From: Candidatus Omnitrophota bacterium
GTDB taxonomy: Bacteria > Omnitrophota > Gorgyraeia > JABMRN01 > RBG-13-46-9
NCBI GenBank assembly: GCA_013203315.1
Contig: JABMQJ010000020.1
Coordinates: forward strand, 77,079-141,078
Direction: 5' to 3'
Length of the DNA stretch: 64,000 nucleotides
Position 1 is the stretch's first letter. The number at the start of each line of letters is the position of its first letter. The notes below the pieces were generated by a model that was given only the letters and a program-made list of their open reading frames with translations, did not search any database and was not told the DNA's origin. Positions 50,543 through 59,218 of the stretch are shown piece after piece. A program made the position numbers and the translations under genes.

Positions 50543-52171
50543 ATGGACAAAAAACTCATTATAGCTATAGCGTTGTCAGCTTTGATTATACTCTCATTTC
50601 AGGCGCTTTTCCCGCGTCAAAGAAGCACAAAACCCGCAGTAACGCAACCGGTAACGCAACCCCTCCCCAGGGAAGCCCGGGCATTATCTCACGAACAAAG
50701 CTCTAGAGGGAATCTGCCAACAGAGCCTTCCCGGGAACTTAAGACCAAAGAAAAAGAAACCATTATAGAAACCGATAGGTATATATTAACCTTTACAAAT
50801 ATTGGCGGCTCTCTAAAAAACATTAAACTAAAAGAATATTCGGCCCCCAAAAGCGATACCCCAATGACCCTGGTCCGGGACGCAGAAGGAAACAGGGCCA
50901 TTTTTTCCATGGAGAGCAATGCGCTAACACCCGACCTTGAAAAGCGTGAATTTACATTAACCAAAAGCCTCAATAACAAAATTACATACCAATATTCAGC
51001 CCCCGGAAAATTTAACATTATTAAGGAATACTATTTCTATAACACCAATGACTATATAGAGTTGCGCATATTGTTACAAAATATAGGTAGTGATACAATT
51101 TATAAAGATTACGATATATTAGGAGCTTCCAGCCTTCAATCCCCCGGAAAGATGATGGGCCGCAGATTCGTAGAAATAGATTCGATGCTGGACGGAAAGA
51201 TCTTAAAAAATGGCAAAGTAAAAAACAGCGAAGAATTTGTAAAAGGAATTATTTCTTGGACAGGCGTAAAAGAGCGATATTTCTGTATAATTCTAAAACC
51301 GCAACAGGATTCAGAGGGTGTTATATTAAGGCAGTTTGGCAAAACAGCCATGGCCAGCGGTGTGAGAACGAAAAGAGCCCCGATTTATTCCGGGGCGGCA
51401 ACAGAAGATTCCTATATTCTCTACATAGGGCCTAATGATGCCGCACGGTTAAGCAAGCTGGGTTTTGGTTTGGAGAAAATAATAAACTATGGCTTTTTCG
51501 GCGGAATAAGCAAATTTTTACTTGTAATATTACGAGCATTTCATAAGGTAACGAGGAATTGGGGAGTTGCGATCATACTGTTAACATTTCTGATTAACAT
51601 GGTTCTCTTCCCCTTGACGCGCAAAAGTTTCCACTCGATGCGTAAGATACAGGATGTCCAGCCCCACATCGAAAAACTAAGAAAAGTTCATAAAGACAAT
51701 CCGCAAAAACTCAACAAAGAACTAGCAGAACTTTATAGGCAATACAACATAAATCCGTTCGGTGGTTGCTTGCCGCTCTTATTACAGATGCCGATTTTTA
51801 TTGCACTCTACCAAGGACTAATGCGATCTATCGAATTAAAAGGCGCTAACTTCTTATGGATTAAGGACTTATCGAGTCCGGATTTTGTTAGTTTGCCGTT
51901 CAGTTTACCGTTTATTGGTAACCAAATTCACGTGCTGCCGCTTCTTATGGTAGTTGCGATGTTCTTTCAGCAAAAAATTTCTACTAAAGGCAATGCGTCC
52001 ACAAGCCCGGAACAAATGCAGCAACAGAAGTTTATGCTGATTTTCTTCCCAATATTTTTCGGATTTTTATTTTATAATTTCCCATCAGGATTAGTGCTTT
52101 ACTGGTTGACAAACACAGTGCTAATGGTTATAGAGCATTCCAGCATGCGAAAAACAGCCAGCGCAGGATAA
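50543..52171 (+). CDS. yidC: Membrane protein insertase YidC
   Basis: 542 aa. N-terminal TM, large periplasmic domain, 60KD_IMP core (NWGVAIILLTFLINMVLFPL..., GGCLPLLLQMPIF). Confidence 0.9.
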   Translation: MDKKLIIAIALSALIILSFQALFPRQRSTKPAVTQPVTQPLPREARALSHEQSSRGNLPTEPSRELKTKEKETIIETDRYILTFTNIGGSLKNIKLKEYSAPKSDTPMTLVRDAEGNRAIFSMESNALTPDLEKREFTLTKSLNNKITYQYSAPGKFNIIKEYYFYNTNDYIELRILLQNIGSDTIYKDYDILGASSLQSPGKMMGRRFVEIDSMLDGKILKNGKVKNSEEFVKGIISWTGVKERYFCIILKPQQDSEGVILRQFGKTAMASGVRTKRAPIYSGAATEDSYILYIGPNDAARLSKLGFGLEKIINYGFFGGISKFLLVILRAFHKVTRNWGVAIILLTFLINMVLFPLTRKSFHSMRKIQDVQPHIEKLRKVHKDNPQKLNKELAELYRQYNINPFGGCLPLLLQMPIFIALYQGLMRSIELKGANFLWIKDLSSPDFVSLPFSLPFIGNQIHVLPLLMVVAMFFQQKISTKGNASTSPEQMQQQKFMLIFFPIFFGFLFYNFPSGLVLYWLTNTVLMVIEHSSMRKTASAG

Positions 52172-52178
52172 TAAGAAG

Positions 52179-52388
52179 ATGAAGAAAAAATTTATAGAAG
52201 TAGAAGCAAAAACAACGCAAGAAGCTATAAGAATAGCACTTGAAAAGCTAAAAGTAAAAAAAGAAGACGTCGAAATTAAAATATTACGCGAAGAAAACAA
52301 AGGTCTATTCGGAATGGACGGAGCAGAACCTGCCAAGATAAAGGTTATCATTAAGAAGAAGCCGGATGACTGCAAACCCAAATCCTGA
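52179..52388 (+). CDS. Jag_N (KhpB N-terminal) domain mini-protein; the KH and R3H domains of Jag/KhpB are absent
   Basis: 69 aa. KKFIEVEAKTTQEAIRIALEKLKVKKEDVEIKILREENKGLFGMDGAEPAKIKV matches the Jag N-terminal domain. A 165-bp non-coding gap follows. Confidence 0.6.
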   Translation: MKKKFIEVEAKTTQEAIRIALEKLKVKKEDVEIKILREENKGLFGMDGAEPAKIKVIIKKKPDDCKPKS

Positions 52389-52464
52389 TAATTTTATCCG
52401 TAACCTTGACATTTTACTATATATTAGGTAAACTAATTACAACGTGACTGAAACTTAGGCAAAA

Positions 52465-52480
52465 GTTTCCACGTGGAAAC
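52465..52480. promoter_or_regulatory. Perfect 16-bp palindrome GTTTCCACGTGGAAAC upstream of parA (parS-like or ParA operator)
   Basis: Differs from canonical parS (tGTTTCACGTGAAACa) by one extra C/G per half-site. It sits between a putative promoter (TTGACA 52405..52410, 17-nt spacer, TAAACT 52428..52433) and the TTG-initiated parA. Confidence 0.35.
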
Positions 52481-52553
52481 TACTCTTCTATGAATTTCTA
52501 CTACAGTGGTTCCCCGAGCGAAGCGAAGAGAAACTACTACACAAGAGGCATAA

Positions 52554-53381
52554 TTGGCAAAAATTATAGCCATCTGTAACCAAAAAGGCGGTGTGTCAAA
52601 AACAACTACCGCCATCAATCTCTCTTCGTATCTCGCTATCGCCAACAAGAAAACTCTCCTTATTGATCTTGACCCGCAATCTAACGCAACCAGTGGTATT
52701 GGTATAAACAAGCATTCGATTAACTCTAGCATTTACAATGTATTACACGAACAATCCTCGTTAGCGGGCATAATAAAACAAACCCAAATAGAAAATCTAC
52801 ACCTGGCGCCATCCAGCCTTGATCTTACAGGCGCCGAGGTAGAGCTTGTTAACGCCATGAGCCGGGAGTACCGGCTAAAGAAAGCCATCGATGCTGTAGA
52901 CGGACAATATGATTATATTCTTATCGATTGCCCGCCGTCATTAGGGCTTTTAACCATCAACGCACTTGCTGCCGCGAAATCTGTTATCATACCTATCCAA
53001 TGTGAATACTACGCCCTGGAAGGCTTATCTCAACTTACAAACACAATTAACTTAATCAAAGGCAACCTTAATAGCGAACTTCAAATTGAGGGTGTGCTAC
53101 TGGCTATGGCGGACTACAGAACAAATCTTACAAAGGAAGTCATTGAGGAAGTCAAGAAATTTTTTGGCGACAAAGTTTATACGACAGTGATCCCGAGATC
53201 GATACGTCTTACCGAAGCTCCGGGTTTCGGAAAACCGATTGCGCTTTACGACAATCATTCCGTAGGGGCTCAAGCATATCAAAATTTAGCCAAAGAAGTT
53301 ATAGGAAAATCGACACAACACATTGAAAACAAAGAACTTGTAGCAGAAACGGAGGAGCAAGATGGAAAAGAAGTTGGGTAA
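52554..53381 (+). CDS. parA: Chromosome partitioning ATPase ParA/Soj
   Basis: TTG start with AAGAGG Shine-Dalgarno. Deviant Walker A KIIAICNQKGGVSKTTT. Confidence 0.9.
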   Translation: MAKIIAICNQKGGVSKTTTAINLSSYLAIANKKTLLIDLDPQSNATSGIGINKHSINSSIYNVLHEQSSLAGIIKQTQIENLHLAPSSLDLTGAEVELVNAMSREYRLKKAIDAVDGQYDYILIDCPPSLGLLTINALAAAKSVIIPIQCEYYALEGLSQLTNTINLIKGNLNSELQIEGVLLAMADYRTNLTKEVIEEVKKFFGDKVYTTVIPRSIRLTEAPGFGKPIALYDNHSVGAQAYQNLAKEVIGKSTQHIENKELVAETEEQDGKEVG

Positions 53382-54204
53382 AGGTTTAGGTGCTTTAATT
53401 CCCAAAAAAGTGGCAGATTCTGTCACTTCCGAGAAGATAGGGAAAATAAAAGTAAACGCAATTAAGCCCAACCGATTGCAACCCCGGAAAAAATTCAATC
53501 CAGAAAAACTAAAAGAATTAAAAGATTCAATAAAAGAAAAAGGGGTTATTCAACCTATCATCGTAAGACCTGCTGAAGATGGCTACGAATTAATAGCAGG
53601 CGAGCGTAGGTTCAGGGCAGTGAAAGAGCTGGGCTACGAAGAAATCCCGACAATTATTAAAGAGGTAAGCGATGCCGACAGCCTGGAATTAGCCCTAATT
53701 GAAAACATCCAAAGAGAGGAATTAAATCCGGTCGAAGAGGCGCACGCATATATGGATCTAACAGAGAAATTCAACTTTACACAAGACGAAATCTCAAAAG
53801 CTGTTGGAAAAGATAAGTCCACTATTTCAAATACGTTACGTCTTCTTACGCTACCGCAACTAATCCAGGATTATATCTCCGAAAACATGATCACGATGGG
53901 CCATGCCAAGGCCATTCTCTCGCTTCCTACGGAGAGATCCAGGATCAGGTTCGCTAAGAGGGTGACAAGGAACAGCCTTTCTGTGCGGCAAGCAGAAGAA
54001 ATCATAAGACAAAGATTGCAGAAGCCGGCCCGCAAGACACGCGACAAAGATGAGCACCTGGCGCGCATTGAAGAGGAGCTGCAGCACTATCTTGGAACGC
54101 GCGTCAAGGTTGTACATGGCAAAAAACGCGGCCGAGTCGAAATCTTCTATTACTCAAATGAGGACCTTGATCGCGTACTGGAGCTGATCCGAAAAAAATC
54201 TTGA
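53362..54204 (+). CDS. parB: Chromosome partitioning protein ParB/Spo0J
   Basis: 280 aa. ParB box GERRFRAVKELGY, HTH, C-terminal dimerisation domain. Confidence 0.9.
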   Translation: MEKKLGKGLGALIPKKVADSVTSEKIGKIKVNAIKPNRLQPRKKFNPEKLKELKDSIKEKGVIQPIIVRPAEDGYELIAGERRFRAVKELGYEEIPTIIKEVSDADSLELALIENIQREELNPVEEAHAYMDLTEKFNFTQDEISKAVGKDKSTISNTLRLLTLPQLIQDYISENMITMGHAKAILSLPTERSRIRFAKRVTRNSLSVRQAEEIIRQRLQKPARKTRDKDEHLARIEEELQHYLGTRVKVVHGKKRGRVEIFYYSNEDLDRVLELIRKKS

Positions 54205-54229
54205 CAAAGCACGCAAAAAGTGCTATAGT
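54201..54229 (+). promoter_or_regulatory. pyr operon promoter (TTGACA-17-TGcTATAGT)
   Basis: TTGACA at 54201..54206 (overlaps the parB stop), TATAGT at 54224..54229 with an upstream TG. Confidence 0.5.
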
Positions 54230-54252
54230 GCGTTCACAGTAACCTTTTAAAC

Positions 54253-54270
54253 CCGGTCCTGCGAGGCCGG
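54253..54270 (+). promoter_or_regulatory. PyrR-binding loop motif in the pyr leader
   Basis: CCGGUCCUGCGAGGCCGG contains UCCNGNGAGG, the conserved PyrR recognition sequence of pyr anti-antiterminator hairpins. Confidence 0.5.
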
Positions 54271-54302
54271 AAAAGGAGCACAATGAAACAAAAAAGAGAT
54301 GA

Positions 54303-54333
54303 CCTACCCAAACACATGGGTAGGATTTTTTTT
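54303..54333 (+). terminator. pyr leader attenuator/terminator: 8-bp hairpin followed by U8
   Basis: CCTACCCA-aacaca-TGGGTAGG, then ATTTTTTTT, ending 17 nt before the pyrR ATG. This is the classic PyrR-dependent attenuation layout. Confidence 0.6.
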
Positions 54334-54349
54334 ACCCAAAAAAGGGCAT

Positions 54350-54922
54350 ATGAAGGTTAAATCCAAAATCTTGGACAAAAAAAGCATAGAGAAAGCCATA
54401 ACCCGAATCTCACATGAGATATTGGAAAGGAACAAAGAGGCCGGGGAGCTGGTGATTGTCGGCATAAGGAACAGGGGCGAGTATCTGGGGAACAGAATAG
54501 TCGAATCCATAGAAAAAATACAGGGTATAAAAGTACCTTTCGGCATTCTGGACATTACTCTTTATCGAGATGATCTTACAGAAGTCGCCGAACAGCCTAT
54601 TTTAAAAGAGACAAAAATAAACTTTGATATAACACATAAAAAAGTAGTGTTAGTAGATGATGTTTTATTTACGGGGCGCACGATAAGGTGCGCTATGGAC
54701 CAGCTGATCGATTTTGGGAGGCCCTCTGTAATACAGCTGGCAGTGCTTATAGACAGGGGCCATAGGGAGCTTCCGATAAAAGCAGATTACGTCGGGAAAA
54801 ATGTGCCGACAGCACTAAACGAAATTGTAGAAGTAAAATTAACGGAGGTTGACGATACCGATGAAGTTGTCGTATGTGAAAAGCCCGGAAGAAAAAACCA
54901 AAATCTCCCCGAAAGGGAATAA
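54350..54922 (+). CDS. pyrR: Bifunctional pyr mRNA-binding attenuation protein / uracil phosphoribosyltransferase PyrR
   Basis: Start at MKVKSKILDKKSIEKAITRISHEILERN. PRTase motif VVLVDDVLFTGRTIRCAM. Confidence 0.85.
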   Translation: MKVKSKILDKKSIEKAITRISHEILERNKEAGELVIVGIRNRGEYLGNRIVESIEKIQGIKVPFGILDITLYRDDLTEVAEQPILKETKINFDITHKKVVLVDDVLFTGRTIRCAMDQLIDFGRPSVIQLAVLIDRGHRELPIKADYVGKNVPTALNEIVEVKLTEVDDTDEVVVCEKPGRKNQNLPERE

Positions 54923-54923
54923 A

Positions 54924-55874
54924 GTGGTTACCAAAAAAACGGCTATATGGACAAAAAAAGACCTATTGGGACTGGAATATTTAAGTAAAGAAGAAATAGG
55001 TCTTATACTGGATAACGCAAAGTCCTTTAAGGAAGTCCTTGCCAGGCCGCTCAGAAAGGTTCCGACCCTGCGCGGGAAAACAGTCGTGAACCTCTTTTAT
55101 GAACCATCCACCAGGACGCGCATTTCTTTTGAGCTTGCGGCAAAAAGATTATCCGCAGACGTTATAAACATGGTAAAAGAGGGCTCCAGCATACAAAAAG
55201 GGGAAACCCTTATTGATACCGGCAGGAACCTGGAAGCGCTTAAAACAGACGTAATTGTTGTAAGGCATAACTGTTCCGGCGCAGCAGCGATGTTATCGCG
55301 AGCTGTCAACATAAGTGTTGTTAATGCCGGGGACGGTTGGCATGAACATCCGACTCAAGCACTTCTAGACATTTTTACTCTTAACGAAAAACTGGGAAAC
55401 GTTAAAGGACTAAACATAAGCATTATCGGCGATATTGCGCACTCAAGGGTTGCGCGTTCTAACATATGGGGCCTTACCAAGCTAGGCGCAAACGTTACAG
55501 TCTGCGCGCCCGGAAAACTAATACCCGCAGGGATTGAAAAGCTAGGTGTTAAGGTTACAAGCAATATTGACGAAGCGATCAAAAAAGCTGACGCCATAAA
55601 CGTTCTTCGTATGCAGTTTGAAAGAGATGCAGCAGGCGCGTTTCCCTCACGAATAGAATATTTCAAGACTTTCGGCATAACAGAAGAAAGGCTAAAAAAA
55701 GCAAAAAAAGACATTGTTGTTATGCACCCCGGGCCCATCAACCGTGGTGTCGAGATGTCGGCAGAAGTAGCGGATGGCGCGAACTCAGTTATCCTGGAAC
55801 AGGTTACAAACGGCATCGCGATTCGGATGGCAGTACTCTATCTGGTTACGCATGCAAAAAGAGAAAATGCTTAA
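54924..55874 (+). CDS. pyrB: Aspartate carbamoyltransferase catalytic subunit
   Basis: STRTR motif (EPSTRTRISFELAAKRL), HPTQAL, ...HPGP. The start is uncertain. The GTG at 54924, 2 nt after the pyrR stop, gives a canonical short N-terminus before KKDLLGLEYLSKEEI. The in-frame ATG at 54849 would overlap pyrR by 74 nt. Confidence 0.85.
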   Translation: MVTKKTAIWTKKDLLGLEYLSKEEIGLILDNAKSFKEVLARPLRKVPTLRGKTVVNLFYEPSTRTRISFELAAKRLSADVINMVKEGSSIQKGETLIDTGRNLEALKTDVIVVRHNCSGAAAMLSRAVNISVVNAGDGWHEHPTQALLDIFTLNEKLGNVKGLNISIIGDIAHSRVARSNIWGLTKLGANVTVCAPGKLIPAGIEKLGVKVTSNIDEAIKKADAINVLRMQFERDAAGAFPSRIEYFKTFGITEERLKKAKKDIVVMHPGPINRGVEMSAEVADGANSVILEQVTNGIAIRMAVLYLVTHAKRENA

Positions 55875-57159
55875 AATGATTATCAAAAACGGATACATTA
55901 TAGACCCTTTAAATAAAAGAGAAGGCGTATTCGACATACTTATAAGTGGTTCGAAAATAAAAAAAGTAGCCAAAAACATACAGGAAAAAGGCGAAGAAAT
56001 CATCGATGCTAAAAATAAAATTGTAGCACCGGGCCTTATCGACATGCATGTACACTTAAGAGAACCGGGCAGGGAAGACATAGAGACAGTGGCCCGAGGA
56101 ACGCGCGCGGCAATATCAGGCGGTATAACGAGCGTGTGCTCGATGCCCAATACCCTGCCCCCGATAGACGATGCTAAAATCGTAAAACACTTAAACAATA
56201 TTATAAAAAAAGAAGCCCTCGCCAATGTTTTCGTTGTGGGCGCCATTACAAGCGGAAGAAGCGGCAGGAAGCTTGTCGATATGGCAAATATGAAAAAAGA
56301 AGGCGCAATTGCCTTGTCCGACGACGGAAGCTCTGTGCAGGACGAACATGTTATGTTCGAGGCCGTTAAAAAAGCCAAAGAAAACGACATCCTTTTAATA
56401 TCGCATTGTGAGAATAAAAACATCTCGAAAAATGGCGTTGTAAACGAGGGAATGATAGCAACAAAGCTTGGCTTACGGGGCATACCGAAGAGAGCGGAAT
56501 ACGAATTTATAGAGCGCGACATAAATCTTGCTAAAAAGGCAAAAACCAAAATCCATATTGCGCACGTAAGCTGCAAAGAATCGGTAAATATAATAAGAAA
56601 AGCAAAAAAAGATGGTATTAATATTACAACGGAAAGTGCCCCGCACTATTTTAGTTTAGATGAAAGCGCCTGCGTTACTTATGATACGCGCACAAAGATG
56701 AACCCGCCACTGCGCTCAGTCGAAGATATCGAGGCCATAAAAGAAGGCTTAAAAGACGGTACGCTGGATGCCATAGCCTCTGACCACGCCCCGCACGGGA
56801 AGCACGAAAAAGAGATAGAGTTTGATTTTGCAGCGTTTGGGATTATCGGCCTTGAAACGTCACTATCCCTGGCTATCATGAACCTAATCGACGGGAAGAA
56901 AATTCCGTGGAAAAAGCTAATTGAACTTATGTCAACTAACCCGGCCGGGATTTTAGGATTAAAACAAAAAGGCAATCTCTCCGAAGAAAGCGATGCCGAC
57001 ATAGTAATAATCGATCCTGAGAAAAAATGGACTTATACGAAAGATTCAATCCTATCAAAAAGCAAAAACTCTCCCTTTATAGGGTGGACGCTAAAAGGCC
57101 TGGCAACGGACGCAGTCGTGGGCGGCAAAATTGTAATGAAAAATAGGAAAATCATATAA
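55867..57159 (+). CDS. pyrC: Dihydroorotase
   Basis: Amidohydrolase. DMHVHLREPG metal-binding motif, DHAPH. Start at MLKMIIKNGYII, overlapping the pyrB stop. Confidence 0.85.
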   Translation: MLKMIIKNGYIIDPLNKREGVFDILISGSKIKKVAKNIQEKGEEIIDAKNKIVAPGLIDMHVHLREPGREDIETVARGTRAAISGGITSVCSMPNTLPPIDDAKIVKHLNNIIKKEALANVFVVGAITSGRSGRKLVDMANMKKEGAIALSDDGSSVQDEHVMFEAVKKAKENDILLISHCENKNISKNGVVNEGMIATKLGLRGIPKRAEYEFIERDINLAKKAKTKIHIAHVSCKESVNIIRKAKKDGINITTESAPHYFSLDESACVTYDTRTKMNPPLRSVEDIEAIKEGLKDGTLDAIASDHAPHGKHEKEIEFDFAAFGIIGLETSLSLAIMNLIDGKKIPWKKLIELMSTNPAGILGLKQKGNLSEESDADIVIIDPEKKWTYTKDSILSKSKNSPFIGWTLKGLATDAVVGGKIVMKNRKII

Positions 57160-57160
57160 A

Positions 57161-58390
57161 ATGTTTACGGCAGATTTCCATATTCACTCAAAATATTCCC
57201 GCGCTACCAGTAAAAACATGGACATGGACAATCTTTCCAGCTGGGCCAAGGTAAAGGGTGTAAATCTCCTGGGCACAGGGGATTTTACGCACCCGGACTG
57301 GTCAAGAGAGCTAAAAAATAAACTCGAGAAAGTAGAATATGGTATTTATAAACACAAAGGCATCTTTTATATCTTGACGTGCGAGGTATCCAATATCTAT
57401 TTTAAACACGGGAAAACGCGAAAGATTCATAATATTATTTTTGCCCCTTCACTTGAAGCCGTAGGCGAAATTAATAAATTTTTATCGCAACATGGCAGCC
57501 TCCATTCTGACGGGAGGCCCATGTTAAGCATAGAACCCGATAAAATGGCAAAGGGTATTAGAAAAATTAGCGAAGATATATTTATCGTACCCGCCCATGT
57601 CTGGACACCGCACTTTAGCCTCTTTGGCGCCAACTCCGGGTTCGATTCCATAGAAGAATGCTTCGAGGATTTTACCCCAAATATATATTCGCTTGAAACG
57701 GGGCTCTCCAGCGACCCGCCCATGAACTGGAGATGGTCGGATCTAGACAGGTTCTGCCTTATGTCAAACTCTGACGCGCACTCACCGGCCAAGATCGGAC
57801 GTGAAGCAAATGTTTTCAAAGAAAAATTTGGCTACAAAGAACTTATAGAAATTTTGAAAACAAAAGACAAAGAAAAATTCTTGTTTACGGTTGAATTCTA
57901 CCCGCAGGAAGGGAAGTACCACTGGGATGGCCATAGAAAGTGCGACGTGAATATCCCACCCAAAGAAACACGCACCTTAAACGGCCGGTGCCCCAAATGC
58001 GGAGGCAAGATAACAGTCGGCGTCATGCATAGGGTAGAGGCACTTTGCAACAGAAAAGAGGGTTTTACGCTGAAAGATGTTCCGTCTTACAGGAGTATGA
58101 TCCCCTTAATCGAGATTATTTCCGCATCTTTGGGCGTCGGAAGCGAAACTAAAGGTGCGCAAAGAGAATACAATGCTTTAATAAACAAGCTTGGAAGTGA
58201 ATTTGAAATACTTTTAGAAGCGCCGGAAAGAAGGATACAAAAAGAATGCCCGCCGGGCATTGCCGATGGAATATTGAACGCGCGAAAAGGAGATATTCAC
58301 ATCATCCCGGGATCAGACGGTACCTATGGCAAGATCAGCGTAAGTAAAGGCCCCAAAGAGAAGAAGGAAAAGCAGCTTGAACTTTTTTGA
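57161..58390 (+). CDS. PHP-domain endonuclease Q-like protein (TIGR00375 family) embedded in the pyr operon
   Basis: 409 aa. N-terminal PHP motif ADFHIHSKYSRATS, further His/Asp ligands (VPAHVWTPHFS, MSNSDAHSP), C-terminal Zn-ribbon-like CPKCGGKITVGVMHRVEAL. Starts 2 nt after pyrC, followed by pyrK. Confidence 0.6.
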   Translation: MFTADFHIHSKYSRATSKNMDMDNLSSWAKVKGVNLLGTGDFTHPDWSRELKNKLEKVEYGIYKHKGIFYILTCEVSNIYFKHGKTRKIHNIIFAPSLEAVGEINKFLSQHGSLHSDGRPMLSIEPDKMAKGIRKISEDIFIVPAHVWTPHFSLFGANSGFDSIEECFEDFTPNIYSLETGLSSDPPMNWRWSDLDRFCLMSNSDAHSPAKIGREANVFKEKFGYKELIEILKTKDKEKFLFTVEFYPQEGKYHWDGHRKCDVNIPPKETRTLNGRCPKCGGKITVGVMHRVEALCNRKEGFTLKDVPSYRSMIPLIEIISASLGVGSETKGAQREYNALINKLGSEFEILLEAPERRIQKECPPGIADGILNARKGDIHIIPGSDGTYGKISVSKGPKEKKEKQLELF

Positions 58391-58444
58391 ACTAGGTAGA
58401 TATTGTATTTTCGTTTCTACCTGGTTCAAAAGTGAGGATAAGAG

Positions 58445-59218
58445 ATGAAGCAGTTTTACGCCAAAGTAATTTCGAATCAAAGAATAGCGCCGGATCACTT
58501 TATATTATCTTTTAAGACACCACATGCTATGGCGAAAAAAGTAAAGCCCGGACAGTTTTTTAAAATCAAAGTAAATAATTCAAGTAAGCCCCTACTCGGA
58601 AGGCCTTTTAGCGTTCATAAAGCAGGAAATAATAAGATCGAGATCTTATATAAAATCGTAGGAGAAGCTACAAGGATTCTTTCCACAAAAAAAAGTGGCA
58701 ATATACTAGATATCCTTGGCCCTTTGGGTAATGGGTTTGATACAGGCTTATCCGGGCCGGCTATTCTGGTGGGAGGAGGACATGGGGTGGCGCCGCTTGT
58801 TGAATTGGCCAAAAAATTCGCAAACCACAACATAAAACCCGTGGTTTTTATCGGTGCGCGAACTAAAAAACATATTGTGTGCGACAAAGATCTTAGAAAA
58901 CTAGGCGCGCAAGTACACGTTGTTACCGAAGACGGGTCAAAAGGCCGGAAGGGACTAGTGACGGAGCTATTAAAGAATAAAATAACCGGCAAAAATCTGA
59001 AAAAACCCGTAACAATTTACGCCTGCGGCCCGAAGCCGATGCTAATGGCCGTCGGGAAACTCGCAAAAGATTACAAAATACCTTGTAGGATTTCACTGGA
59101 GGAATATATGGCCTGCGGCATAGGAACATGCCTCGGGTGCGCCGTAAAAACGCGCGGCGGCTACAAAATGGTATGCAAAGACGGGCCGGTTTTTGACGCA
59201 AAGGAGATAGTATGGTAA
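58445..59218 (+). CDS. pyrK: Dihydroorotate dehydrogenase electron-transfer subunit (FAD/[2Fe-2S])
   Basis: 257 aa. Ferredoxin-reductase-like fold, C-terminal cluster CGIGTCLGCAVK. Confidence 0.85.
   Translation: MKQFYAKVISNQRIAPDHFILSFKTPHAMAKKVKPGQFFKIKVNNSSKPLLGRPFSVHKAGNNKIEILYKIVGEATRILSTKKSGNILDILGPLGNGFDTGLSGPAILVGGGHGVAPLVELAKKFANHNIKPVVFIGARTKKHIVCDKDLRKLGAQVHVVTEDGSKGRKGLVTELLKNKITGKNLKKPVTIYACGPKPMLMAVGKLAKDYKIPCRISLEEYMACGIGTCLGCAVKTRGGYKMVCKDGPVFDAKEIVW

Noticed and set aside
52433-52732. Minus-strand 99-aa ORF overlapping the parA promoter and palindrome region
   Set aside because: It is antisense to the parA 5' end, with no Shine-Dalgarno and no homology features. The region is better explained as regulatory DNA.
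58391-58444. Hairpin CTAGGTAGA-N15-TCTACCTGG between the EndoQ-like gene and pyrK as a second PyrR attenuator
   Set aside because: The loop lacks the UCCNGNGAGG PyrR motif and there is no U-tract. It is probably just a weak structure in a short spacer.
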